Shown here: positions 18,239 to 27,132 of the stretch, piece after piece
Layout of the letters: the number at the start of each line of letters is the position of its first letter
Position numbering within the stretch: the stretch's first letter is position 1
Source of the DNA: Capsulimonadales bacterium
GTDB lineage: Bacteria; Armatimonadota; Armatimonadia; Armatimonadales; Armatimonadaceae
Length of the DNA: 49,333 nt
Direction: 5' to 3'
Assembly (NCBI GenBank): GCA_033762295.1
Contig: JANRLW010000115.1
Coordinates: 1-49,333, forward strand
Translations under genes and position numbers: made by a program
The notes under the pieces: generated by a model
What the model was told of the DNA's origin: nothing
Databases searched by the model: none
The model's input: only the letters and a program-made list of their open reading frames with translations

Positions 18239-19525
18239 CTAGAACCGGGTATTCAGACCCAGCACATAATCGTAGAGGGAAACCGAAAGATTCCGCGCCT
18301 CCAGGATGACCGACTTGCCGTAGACTTCGAACCGCTTGTCCCGGCCGAGGGTCTTGCTCACATAGGCGACCAGTCCGGCCGGAGCCGCGAAGTTCTTCTC
18401 GGCGATCGGATACGACAAGTAGACAACATACTTCAGGTCGCGCGTCAGCATCACGTAGTCCGTCGCAATCGACAACGATCGGAAGTCGCGCGGAATCCCG
18501 TAGTCCAGCGTAAAGAATCGTCCCTGATCCACGATCCCGTCGAGACCGACGCGCCAGACCGGCATCGGCTTCATCGGGTTCGTCGGTTTCAAACGGTACC
18601 AGAGGACGGTTCGAAAGTTGTTCCGCTCGTTGTTATCCCGGTACTTGAAATGGCGATAGGTGAAGTTCAGATCATATTTCTGTGCCAGCGGATATTCGAT
18701 GGCGGTGTAGTAGTCATTGAACGTGATTCGCCGCTGAAGCTGAAAGAACGTCTCGGGCGCGAGGAACTGGTTGATCTGATTCTGGTAGAACGAGTCATGC
18801 CGACCGGTACCGAACGTAAACTTTTCGCGGCCGGGCTTGGGAATGTACGAGTAGCGGAAGTCGTAGAGCAGACGATCCGGAACGCTGTCATACGTCTGCC
18901 AGGAGACCCACGCCGACCCTTCATGCTCCATGTTCTTGCCCCAGAACGGCTGAAACTCGACGTTATAGGTCTGTTTGTTCAGGGCGAAGTTGTCCTCTGC
19001 GGTCGGGATCGTCGGGACTTTGGACAGAGGATTGCGCCGGTTGTTCGGATTGTTGTTGTTCTTGTAGTACCCGTTGCCGACGGTAACCGTCACCTTGCCC
19101 AGCGGGGTACGAATCACGGGACCGCCGCCATAGGCGAAGAGCTGAACGTCCTTGGAGTCGTAGTAGGAGTGGGCCAGCGAGGTGAACCCGATCTTCTGCT
19201 GGTTAAGGGCATCGCGCAGACCGCGTTGAGCCACCTCGTTATTCGGGTCCTGCATCAGGATCAACCGGTAGAGCGGCTCCGCGCGCCAGGGCCGTTCCAA
19301 CGTCAGCAGGAAGTCGGCAAAGCCAAGCAGCACGGGCAGTGGCGGCGGCCCTCCCGCCTGCGGACCGGGCGCACCGGGGCCGGGCGCGCCGGCGGGCGCA
19401 TTGGCGGGAGTGCTGGGAGGTACGGTTCCGCTATCCTGCGCCCGGCCAACGGACGGTAACAGCGCGACGCTCGCCAGCGCGGCGCAGGCCCGCCAGGTCC
19501 CTATCATCTTTTCGTTTTGTCGCAT
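18239..19525 (-). CDS. Outer-membrane beta-barrel-like protein with Pro linker and TPR-like segment
   Basis: Signal peptide, Pro-rich linker, aromatic-rich alternating strands, C-terminal YVLGLNTRF beta-signal. Confidence 0.6.
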   Translation of the reverse strand: MRQNEKMIGTWRACAALASVALLPSVGRAQDSGTVPPSTPANAPAGAPGPGAPGPQAGGPPPLPVLLGFADFLLTLERPWRAEPLYRLILMQDPNNEVAQRGLRDALNQQKIGFTSLAHSYYDSKDVQLFAYGGGPVIRTPLGKVTVTVGNGYYKNNNNPNNRRNPLSKVPTIPTAEDNFALNKQTYNVEFQPFWGKNMEHEGSAWVSWQTYDSVPDRLLYDFRYSYIPKPGREKFTFGTGRHDSFYQNQINQFLAPETFFQLQRRITFNDYYTAIEYPLAQKYDLNFTYRHFKYRDNNERNNFRTVLWYRLKPTNPMKPMPVWRVGLDGIVDQGRFFTLDYGIPRDFRSLSIATDYVMLTRDLKYVVYLSYPIAEKNFAAPAGLVAYVSKTLGRDKRFEVYGKSVILEARNLSVSLYDYVLGLNTRF

Positions 19526-19626
19526 GTCCTCTGTTTTCCTGGCGGCCTTGCGGCCCCGGTCTCCGGGCGGGATCCGCCCGGAGTACGCTCGATGGAATCG
19601 GTCGGTCGTGTCCGGTCGGAGGGTCC

Positions 19627-20019
19627 TCAGGCCAGCGAACCGTCGGGATACTGCACCATCCCGGCGAAATGGATCGCGATCTTGCCGTCCCGCAGGACCC
19701 AGCTGTCGGCGAAACGCATCTGGGACTCGGTTCCGCCCGCTGTCATCGTAATCTGCTCGGTGATCATCAGGGTCTCCGGGTCCTCGGTCTCGCCCCAGAA
19801 GACGATCTCGGTTTCCAGTCCCTCGATCCCCAGGATGCCCTGCATATGCTCTTTCAGGCCCTCGCGGCCCTTGTAGATGACCGGCTTTTTCAGGAAGCTG
19901 CTGATCAGGAGGGCGTCGTCCGTGTACTGATCGAGCAGGGCGTCGATATTCTTATCGAGGATGAACTGAATGTGCTCGCGATACATGCGACCCAGTTTGG
20001 TGTCCGGAACGTTCTGCAT
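19627..20019 (-). CDS. NTF2/SnoaL-like protein
   Basis: IDALLDQYTDDALL, GREGL, DSWVLRDGKIAIHF; start refined to ATG 20019. Confidence 0.8.
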   Translation of the reverse strand: MQNVPDTKLGRMYREHIQFILDKNIDALLDQYTDDALLISSFLKKPVIYKGREGLKEHMQGILGIEGLETEIVFWGETEDPETLMITEQITMTAGGTESQMRFADSWVLRDGKIAIHFAGMVQYPDGSLA

Positions 20020-20021
20020 GG

Positions 20022-21545
20022 TTATTCTCCCAGAATGAGTGACGCGGCCTTCGCGCCGACCAGGGCGCTGGGCACGTTGGTATTGCCGCCGGAGACGGTC
20101 GGCATCACGGAGGCATCCGCGACGCGCAGTCCTTCGACGCCGTAGACCTTCAGGCTCGGATCGACGACCGCCAGATCGTCCTTTCCGATTTTGCAGGTTC
20201 CGGCCGGATGCCAGATGGTGGTCGCCGCCGCGCGGACGAACCCTTCCAGGTCCGTGTCGGGGCCGGGCACCATCTCGCCTTTGCCGAAGGTCGAGAACGA
20301 TTTCGTTCCCGCCAGTTCGCGCGCCAGTTTCACCGCCTCGACCAGCACCTGCACGTCCTCCGGAGCGGACAGGTAGTTGGGATCGACCACCGGGTTGGCG
20401 TCGGGATCGGCGGAAGCCAGTGTCACGGTCCCCCGGCTCGCCGGACGAACCAGGATCGGAAGGAAGATACAGACCGGAGCCGGGAACTGCAGGACCGGCG
20501 CGAGCGGCAGCGGAACCGTCGGGCTGAAAATCATCTGCAGATCGGGCGTCCTGTCGTTCTCCGGGCGCGGCAGAGTCCGGCGGAACAGGATATTTCCACA
20601 CAGCGTCAGCGTGTGGTCCATCGGCTGCTGCGTGAACCAGACGACCGGCAACTGCAGATGGTCCTGCAGATTTTGACCGACGCCGGGCAGGTCGACCAGG
20701 ACGTCGATGCCGTGCTTTTGCAGTTCGGCGGCGGGGCCGATCCCGGAGCGCATCAACAGCGCGGGCGAGAAGAACGCGCCGGCGCTGACGATGACCTCTT
20801 TCGCCGCGCGGGCGACCTTCGTTTCGCCGTTCTGCCGGTATTCGACACCGACCGCGCGTTTGCCCTCGAATACGATCTTCGTCACCGGAGAGTCGGTTTG
20901 GATGGTCAGCTGGGCGCGATCCCGGATCGGGTCGAGGAAGACGGTCACGGAACTGCCGCGCCGCCGATCCTTATTAATGGAAAACTGCAGCGGCCCGACC
21001 TTTCCGGCGGCGATCTCGCCGTTGTAGTCGGCGTGCGGTCCTTCGTAGCCGAGTTCGACCGCAGCGTTCAGGAACGGTTCGCAGGTCGCGTTCGGGTCGA
21101 ACCCGGTGATGACATTGAATTCCCCGGAGCCGCCGCGCTGATCGTTGCCCCCCTGATCGAACGTCTCGATCGACTTCAGAAGCGGCAGGATGCGGTCGTA
21201 GCCCCAGCCGTCCGCGCCGAGCGATTCCCAGAGATCGTAATCCGCCCGGCTGCCGCGGACGTACATCATGGCGTGGATGGACGTGCTTCCGCCGAGGACA
21301 CGCCCCTGATTGATGGTCAGGCTGCGTCCGCCGAGACCCTTCTGTTCGGTCGTTTGTATCTTCCAGTCGAGCGGGCCGTTCCATTCGCGGGTGAACCCGG
21401 TGACTTCATGGATGTTTTCGTTATCGTCCTTCGGGCCGGCTTCGATCACCAGCACCCGGGTGTTCGGGTCCTTGCTCAACCGGTTGGCGACGACCGCGCC
21501 GGAACTCCCGGAACCGACGACGATGTAATCGTATTCTGCGCTCAC
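20022..21545 (-). CDS. GMC family FAD oxidoreductase
   Basis: YDYIVVGSGSSG, GRVLGGSTS, GVGQNLQDH, IWHPAGTC, ADASVMP..GNTN. Confidence 0.92.
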   Translation of the reverse strand: MSAEYDYIVVGSGSSGAVVANRLSKDPNTRVLVIEAGPKDDNENIHEVTGFTREWNGPLDWKIQTTEQKGLGGRSLTINQGRVLGGSTSIHAMMYVRGSRADYDLWESLGADGWGYDRILPLLKSIETFDQGGNDQRGGSGEFNVITGFDPNATCEPFLNAAVELGYEGPHADYNGEIAAGKVGPLQFSINKDRRRGSSVTVFLDPIRDRAQLTIQTDSPVTKIVFEGKRAVGVEYRQNGETKVARAAKEVIVSAGAFFSPALLMRSGIGPAAELQKHGIDVLVDLPGVGQNLQDHLQLPVVWFTQQPMDHTLTLCGNILFRRTLPRPENDRTPDLQMIFSPTVPLPLAPVLQFPAPVCIFLPILVRPASRGTVTLASADPDANPVVDPNYLSAPEDVQVLVEAVKLARELAGTKSFSTFGKGEMVPGPDTDLEGFVRAAATTIWHPAGTCKIGKDDLAVVDPSLKVYGVEGLRVADASVMPTVSGGNTNVPSALVGAKAASLILGE

Positions 21546-22366
21546 GCGGCACCTCCCGTGCGTTTCACGAAGGTGTCGATCGCCGTGGCCATCTCGTCCG
21601 CGACCTCGAACGCCGGGAAGTGGCTCTTCGCTTCCGGCAGGAAAGCGATCTCATACCAGGGGTTCGCCTGACCGAACTGCTCCTGCGCGGCTTTATAACC
21701 GGGGTCCTTCGGTTGAGCGTAGACATGGAGCGTGGGCGCGAGCGGGTTCAGTTTCGAGAGGGCTTCGAGCGCGCTGCCGTTATCCCGGAGACAGCTGCCG
21801 ATGACCCGCCCGGAGCGGTTCCAGATATCCGCGCCGTAGCCGCCCATCTCCTCTTTCACGAAACGGTTTACCGCTTCGTTGTCGCTGTCCTCCAGCCAGA
21901 TGTTGAAAAGGATATCGCGCGCCCCTTCCCAGGCGTTCGGATCGGCCAACCCGTCGACCAGCCCCATGTACTCGGGCGGCGGCGGCACGACGATCCAGTC
22001 GGTGTGGACGATGGCCGGAACCTTTTCCGGCCCGTAGTGCCGTCGAAGCAGAATGCCGATCCAGCCGGAGTGCGACATGGTGACCGGGATGAACCGATCG
22101 ACGTTCTCAGCCCGGAGCACGGCGACGACGTCCTCATAAAGCCCTTCCGCGCCATGATCCGGCACGTCGCGCTGCGAGTCGCCGTGTCCGCGGAAGGTCA
22201 GGGAGAGAACGCGGTAACCTTTCGCCGCCAGCGTCTCCGGCAGGTCGGCCCAGCCGTTGCGGCTCATGCACCAGGCGGTGGTCAGCACCAGGGTCGGCGC
22301 GGTCGAGTCCGCCGGTCCTAGGGCGACGTAATCAATGCCAATGCCATCGGAGGTCGTGGTTTTCAT
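21542..22366 (-). CDS. alpha/beta-hydrolase-fold protein, Hod/Qdo/AqdC-type cofactor-independent 2,4-dioxygenase
   Basis: AWC, RGHGDS, MSHSGW, TDW, LFNIWL, IWNRSGRVI, YAQP, SHFP follow the Hod pattern recalled from memory. Confidence 0.8.
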   Translation of the reverse strand: MKTTTSDGIGIDYVALGPADSTAPTLVLTTAWCMSRNGWADLPETLAAKGYRVLSLTFRGHGDSQRDVPDHGAEGLYEDVVAVLRAENVDRFIPVTMSHSGWIGILLRRHYGPEKVPAIVHTDWIVVPPPPEYMGLVDGLADPNAWEGARDILFNIWLEDSDNEAVNRFVKEEMGGYGADIWNRSGRVIGSCLRDNGSALEALSKLNPLAPTLHVYAQPKDPGYKAAQEQFGQANPWYEIAFLPEAKSHFPAFEVADEMATAIDTFVKRTGGAA

Positions 22367-22370
22367 GGGA

Positions 22371-23954
22371 TTACTTCTCGTTGAGGATCATCTGGGCGAC
22401 AATATTTCCGGACGCGCCCGCCAGTCCGAGACCGGGGTGCGTCGCCGCGCCGATCTGATACAACCCGGCGATCGGCGTCCGGTGTCCGTTCTGGCCCGGC
22501 AAGGGGCGCAGGGTATAGCTCTGCGAGATCGCGTGCGATCCGCTGAACGGGTCTCCCTGGTTCCAGTTGAGGTTCCGGTTCTGAATATCGAGCGGTGAGA
22601 GCGTGAACTGCCCGATAATGCTCTGCTTCAGGTTCGGAATACGCGAGGCGACCGTGTCGATCACCCGATCCGTGTAGTACTTTTTGAGATCATCGGTCCA
22701 GGTTCCGTCGCCGACGTTGACCTCGCCACGGGCGTCCGCTTTGACATGGAACGGGCAGTCCAGTTGCTGGAGGCAGAGGATCGCCTTGCCCTCGGGCGCA
22801 CGACTCGGATCGAGCAGGGTCGGGACGCCGACGCCGACGACCGGATCGGACGGCAACAGATGCGAACTCGTTTCCAGGTAGTTCTTCGCCACACCGTCCA
22901 GACCGGCGCAGACGTGGGTGTAGGTCGCCTGGTTCAGTCGTTCGTCGTGCCACTTCGGCGGTTCGGACAGCGCAAGGTGGACGAAGAAGACGGCGTGTCC
23001 GTAGCGGTAGCCCTTCGCCTCCTGCACCAGGTGGTCGGCGATGCCGGGGACATCGGCCAGCAACTTGAGATAGAGCTGGTCGGGATTCACGGTGGCGATG
23101 ACCGCCTTCGTCGCGCGGATCTCCTCGCCGTCCTCGGTAACGACGCCGACCGCCTTGCCGTCCTCCACCAGAATCTTTTTCGCGGTGGTATTGGGGAGGA
23201 TGACGCCGCCCTGGTCCCGGATCAGACGGGCAAGCGCGACCGCCTGCATCTCCGCGCCGCCGACGCCGACCGGGAGACCGGCCATCTGCAGACCGAGGCC
23301 GAAGATTTTGGTCCAGAATCCGGAGTTGACATCCTCCGGTCCGTGCCCGCTGTGCAGCACCCAGGGCGCGAGAAACGCCTTCCAGACATCGCCTTTAAGG
23401 TTGGCGTCCAGCATCTCACGCGCGGAGAGCAGGAACTCCTTGGCGAACGAGGTCGGCAGGCCGTTCGGGCCGACCATCAGTTCGTCCATGACCTGTTTCG
23501 CGCGCGGCGACGTCAGATCGGAGGCAAGCAGTTCGAAGACCTGCGGGGCGACCGAGCCGATGCCGCCGAGGATCGCGCCCCAGCCGGCGGAATCGCCGGG
23601 ACAGAGCCGTTCGACTTCGGCCATATTGGCCGCGCCGTCGGTGGTGATGACGGTCGCGCGTCCGTCGGGCAGGGAGACCCCCGCCGGGGTGGTGCTGTTC
23701 GCCATCGTCAGCCCGCGCTCCGTCAGTTCCTTGTTGAACCGCGCATACGCCTGCGACAGGGCGAACAGGATCAGGAACCCGGCGTAGACATCGTGCTTGA
23801 AGCCGGGGAGCGTCAGTTCGTCGGTGCGCAGTCCGCCGCCGGGCCGATCGTTACGGTCCAGAATCGCGACACGGTAACCGGCGTTGGTCAGGTACGCGGC
23901 GCACACGAGCGCATTCGGCCCGCACCCGATAATCGTGATGTCATAGGTCTGCAT
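22371..23954 (-). CDS. Phytoene dehydrogenase-like FAD oxidoreductase (COG1233)
   Basis: IIGCGPNAL, PGGGLRTDELTLPGFKHD, RTPIAGLYQIGAATHPG.G..GASG. Confidence 0.85.
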   Translation of the reverse strand: MQTYDITIIGCGPNALVCAAYLTNAGYRVAILDRNDRPGGGLRTDELTLPGFKHDVYAGFLILFALSQAYARFNKELTERGLTMANSTTPAGVSLPDGRATVITTDGAANMAEVERLCPGDSAGWGAILGGIGSVAPQVFELLASDLTSPRAKQVMDELMVGPNGLPTSFAKEFLLSAREMLDANLKGDVWKAFLAPWVLHSGHGPEDVNSGFWTKIFGLGLQMAGLPVGVGGAEMQAVALARLIRDQGGVILPNTTAKKILVEDGKAVGVVTEDGEEIRATKAVIATVNPDQLYLKLLADVPGIADHLVQEAKGYRYGHAVFFVHLALSEPPKWHDERLNQATYTHVCAGLDGVAKNYLETSSHLLPSDPVVGVGVPTLLDPSRAPEGKAILCLQQLDCPFHVKADARGEVNVGDGTWTDDLKKYYTDRVIDTVASRIPNLKQSIIGQFTLSPLDIQNRNLNWNQGDPFSGSHAISQSYTLRPLPGQNGHRTPIAGLYQIGAATHPGLGLAGASGNIVAQMILNEK

Positions 23955-23980
23955 GATCGTCTTAATTTCCCTTGATGGTT

Positions 23981-24017
23981 CCCCCCTCTCCCGTTCGGAG
24001 AGGGGGGTTGGGGTGAG
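23981..24017. repeat. REP-like palindromic element
   Basis: cccccctctcc-cgttc-ggagagggggg-ttggggtgag; stem resembles those at 505-530 and 28873-28902. Confidence 0.6.
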
Positions 24018-24028
24018 ATCGTGGCTCT

Positions 24029-24898
24029 CTACCCGAACGCGCCCAGCTGCTTCATCAGGCCGAGGTCGTTTTCGTTGACCCAGATCTCGGCGATCTTACC
24101 GCCCTGGAACACGAAGATATCGATGCCCTGATCCTTGATCTTATTGCCGGTCGGCGGCATTCCGAGGAACGGACCGTTGTGCGTTCCCTCGATGAACCAG
24201 CGAGCGGCGGCCTTGTCGCCCTCGGCGATCTGTCGCTCGATCGTGAACTTGATATCCGGGAAGCCGGTGCGCAGACCGGTGACGAAGCCGCGCATGCCGT
24301 CCTTGCCGCGGATCGGTTCCGGCAGGGTCGGGATATGGAACGAGAAGCGCTCGGCGATGATCTCGTCGATCACCTCGAACTTCCCCTCGCTCATCAGTTC
24401 GCCGAAATAGCGGCCCACGAGAGCGAGCTTTTCGTCGTTGGAGAGTTGTACCGGGGCGGGCGCTTCGGGCATCGGGATCGCGCCGATCTGAATCAGCAGG
24501 CCGAGCGTGTCCTCGTTGATGCGGGCTTCGACGAACTTGCCGTCCTTGAATCGGAGCCAGCTCATGCCGTCGATAACGAACGGGTTGCCCTTGGCCGGAA
24601 TATCGCCCTTCAGGGTCTTGAGCGGGGTGCCGGTGTGCGTGCCGCGCGCGGTCCAGTGTCCGACGACCGTATCGCCGTCGCCGAGCAGGTGCTCGACGGT
24701 GAACTTCAGGTCGGGGAACGCGCCGCGCAGCATGGTCACGAGGTCCTTGAACTCCTGACCGCGGTACGGTTCGACGTGGGTCGGGTTGGTGAACTCGAAC
24801 TCGTCGGCGAAGTACTGATCGACGAAGGTGAGATCGCCGGCGCTCATCAGTTCGGCGTAGTAGCGGCGGGCCAGTGTCTTGTTTTCTTCAACGGACAT
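24029..24898 (-). CDS. Tandem two-domain SnoaL-like ester cyclase
   Basis: Two repeats of ..FPD.KFT.E...GD.....W...GTH.G; start refined to ATG 24898. Confidence 0.88.
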   Translation of the reverse strand: MSVEENKTLARRYYAELMSAGDLTFVDQYFADEFEFTNPTHVEPYRGQEFKDLVTMLRGAFPDLKFTVEHLLGDGDTVVGHWTARGTHTGTPLKTLKGDIPAKGNPFVIDGMSWLRFKDGKFVEARINEDTLGLLIQIGAIPMPEAPAPVQLSNDEKLALVGRYFGELMSEGKFEVIDEIIAERFSFHIPTLPEPIRGKDGMRGFVTGLRTGFPDIKFTIERQIAEGDKAAARWFIEGTHNGPFLGMPPTGNKIKDQGIDIFVFQGGKIAEIWVNENDLGLMKQLGAFG

Positions 24899-24916
24899 CT
24901 TTTCGAATCTCTTTCC

Positions 24917-24968
24917 AGGGGCTCCGCCCCTCAAACCCCGACAGGGGCCGGGGGCACTCGGCCCCCGG
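24917..24968. repeat. Three tandem GC hairpins (REP-like intergenic element)
   Basis: aggggc-tcc-gcccct; cccc-gaca-gggg; ccgggggc-actcg-gcccccgg. Confidence 0.55.
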
Positions 24969-24975
24969 AAAATAC

Positions 24976-25416
24976 TCAGCTTTCGGCGGGGGGATTCGGC
25001 GCGAGGGCTTCGGCGATATTGGTAAAGCCGGCCCAGGTCTTCTTGATCTTGCCCTGCTCGTTGAGCAGCGCGTAGTGGATGCCGGTGACCTTGGAGTCGC
25101 GGCCGGTCGGGGCGAACCCGGCGAACGGCGCGGCGTGGGTCCCGCCGAACTCCATGCGGGTGCAGACGATACGGCCGTCGGAGACGATGTCCTGAACGGT
25201 GTAGTGGGCATCCGGGAAGGCGGTGCGGAAGGCGGCGACGCGGGCCTTGAAGGCTTCGCGACCGGTCTTGACCGGACCGGAGCCGGACGCCAGCGCGGGG
25301 GCGTCGAACTCGTAGTCCTCGGCGTACATTTCGTCGATCAACTCGACATGGTTATCGGTCAGTACCTCGCCGAACAGGCGGCGGATCACGTTCTTGGCTT
25401 CTTCGGGAGTGGGCAT
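24976..25416 (-). CDS. SnoaL-like ester cyclase
   Basis: AFPDAHYTVQDIVSDG..GTH..PFAGFAPTGR. Confidence 0.88.
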   Translation of the reverse strand: MPTPEEAKNVIRRLFGEVLTDNHVELIDEMYAEDYEFDAPALASGSGPVKTGREAFKARVAAFRTAFPDAHYTVQDIVSDGRIVCTRMEFGGTHAAPFAGFAPTGRDSKVTGIHYALLNEQGKIKKTWAGFTNIAEALAPNPPAES

Positions 25417-25470
25417 CGGTCTCTCCTAAAATCTCGAATGAATGAAAAGCGACGGTCTACGAGCGACGGT

Positions 25471-25920
25471 CTACGGGTGGACGCCGTGGGCCTGGGCGGC
25501 GATCAGCGCGGCGCGCAACGGGGTGCCGTACTCGCAGATCCGGACATTCTTGAAGCGACCCTCGTCGTCGAACTGGACGAACCAGAGTTCCGCGCCGTGG
25601 ACCTTTTCGTTGGTCGGGGGAACGCCCGCGAACTCCTTGGCATGGGTGCCGCTATACGGCAGGTCGAAGGAGCCGCTGTTGCCCTCGACGATCAGGCTGG
25701 CGATATCGACCTGGACATCGGGAAACGCGTCGGTCCAGCCGAAGACGGCCTCACGGAAGATGGCGAAGCCGCTCGCCTGACCGGCGGCGGTCGGGACGCC
25801 GGGCGCTTCGAGCACGACATCGGGAGCGCAGATCTCCGACATGATGGAGTCGATTTTCTTCTCATTCAGACCGACCGCGACAAACTTCTTGATAGTCGCG
25901 ATGTTCTGCTCAACAGACAT
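25471..25920 (-). CDS. SnoaL-like ester cyclase
   Basis: AFPDVQVDIASLIVEG..GTHAKEFAGVPPT. Confidence 0.85.
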   Translation of the reverse strand: MSVEQNIATIKKFVAVGLNEKKIDSIMSEICAPDVVLEAPGVPTAAGQASGFAIFREAVFGWTDAFPDVQVDIASLIVEGNSGSFDLPYSGTHAKEFAGVPPTNEKVHGAELWFVQFDDEGRFKNVRICEYGTPLRAALIAAQAHGVHP

Positions 25921-26001
25921 GGTTCTAGTCTCCTGGAGGAAATAAATCCCGGACGGGCCGTTCGTAACGTCCGGGCGAGAGGTCGTCGATCGCCGGACGG
26001 C

Positions 26002-26430
26002 TCAAACCAGCCGTTCGTGGACCGGCTTCAGATGGAACGCCTTCCAGAAGAAGGCATCGTAGTTGTGCTGGTCGCCCATAAGCACCGTCACCTCGGCGAT
26101 CTTGCCGTCGCGGATCACGTAGTAGTTGCAGTTGGTGACGTTGAGTTTCGCGCCGTCCGGCCCGTCGCCTTCGGCCATGTACACTTCCGCGACCGCGCCG
26201 TTGGTCAGTTCGCCCATGCCGAGCGGGGTGACATGCAGGCCCGCGCCGCGCAGCTTGCCGAAGAAACCGAGCACCTCATCGATGCCTTTCTTCTGTCCGG
26301 CGAGGGGGTGGTGACCGGGGAGGTTCCAGACGATCTCGGGATGGAAGATTTCGGACCGGAGCCGTTCCATATTGCCGGTCTTGAAACACTCGTACATGTG
26401 GTGCACGATTTCCACGTTCTCGGAAGCCAT
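26002..26430 (-). CDS. NTF2/SnoaL-like protein
   Basis: IFHPEIVWNLPGHHPLAGQKKG, IRDGKIAEV; start refined to ATG 26430. Confidence 0.85.
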   Translation of the reverse strand: MASENVEIVHHMYECFKTGNMERLRSEIFHPEIVWNLPGHHPLAGQKKGIDEVLGFFGKLRGAGLHVTPLGMGELTNGAVAEVYMAEGDGPDGAKLNVTNCNYYVIRDGKIAEVTVLMGDQHNYDAFFWKAFHLKPVHERLV

Positions 26431-26567
26431 CTTTGCAATCCTTTCACGTTTCATGCGGGCGATCGCATCTCCGGCAGGAGATACGATCGCCCGTTACTTT
26501 ATTTGTAGGTTTCGAGGGAAATGGTTCGCCGACCTCCCGGCCGACGAAAGATCATCGGTTTTCGGTC

Positions 26568-27056
26568 TTACAGTCGGGCGAAGCCGGGAGCGTACTGGAA
26601 GGGCACGACCACCGCGTTGTAGCTGACGATCTCCAGACCGAACTCGTTGCGATCGGTGCGGCGCAGGGTCCAGTGCTGGGTGGCATCCATGGCGGTACGT
26701 TTCGACTTGGCGGCCGGCGGGGTGAACCAGCTTGCCTGCCAGGCGACGACGACATCGACTTCCGCCCCGTCGCCCTCGATACGGGCGTCGACGCTGGCGA
26801 CGTTGTGGTTCTCATCGAAGAAGATATTGATAACGCCCGGCAACTGGTTACCGGCGGCCGTCGTGCCGCCGCGATACCAGGCGAGGAAATCGTTGAGACC
26901 TTCCAGAGTGCTCTCCGGAAAGATCATCTTCAGGTCCTCCGTCGCCAGAAAACGAACGATTTCGGCTTCGGGGGCGTGAAAGTCGAGCGCCTGATACCAG
27001 GCGGCGGCGAAAGCCTTGATATTCTCTTCGGACAACGGTTCCGTCTGCGTGCTCAT
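26568..27056 (-). CDS. NTF2-like protein
   Basis: AWYQALDFH, FFDENHNV, VVVAWQASWF..P.AKSKR; NTF2-type helix/strand pattern. Confidence 0.7.
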   Translation of the reverse strand: MSTQTEPLSEENIKAFAAAWYQALDFHAPEAEIVRFLATEDLKMIFPESTLEGLNDFLAWYRGGTTAAGNQLPGVINIFFDENHNVASVDARIEGDGAEVDVVVAWQASWFTPPAAKSKRTAMDATQHWTLRRTDRNEFGLEIVSYNAVVVPFQYAPGFARL

Positions 27057-27132
27057 GTCGTTTTCATGTCCTTTCCTCCGGGCGCCTGCGGGCGCCCGGG
27101 GATTATGTTTTCCGCTACCTGCGGGTCGGGCG

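Noticed and set aside
22371..23954. Carotenoid biosynthesis crtI
   Set aside because: No crtB/crtE neighbours; only the broad COG1233 family is supported
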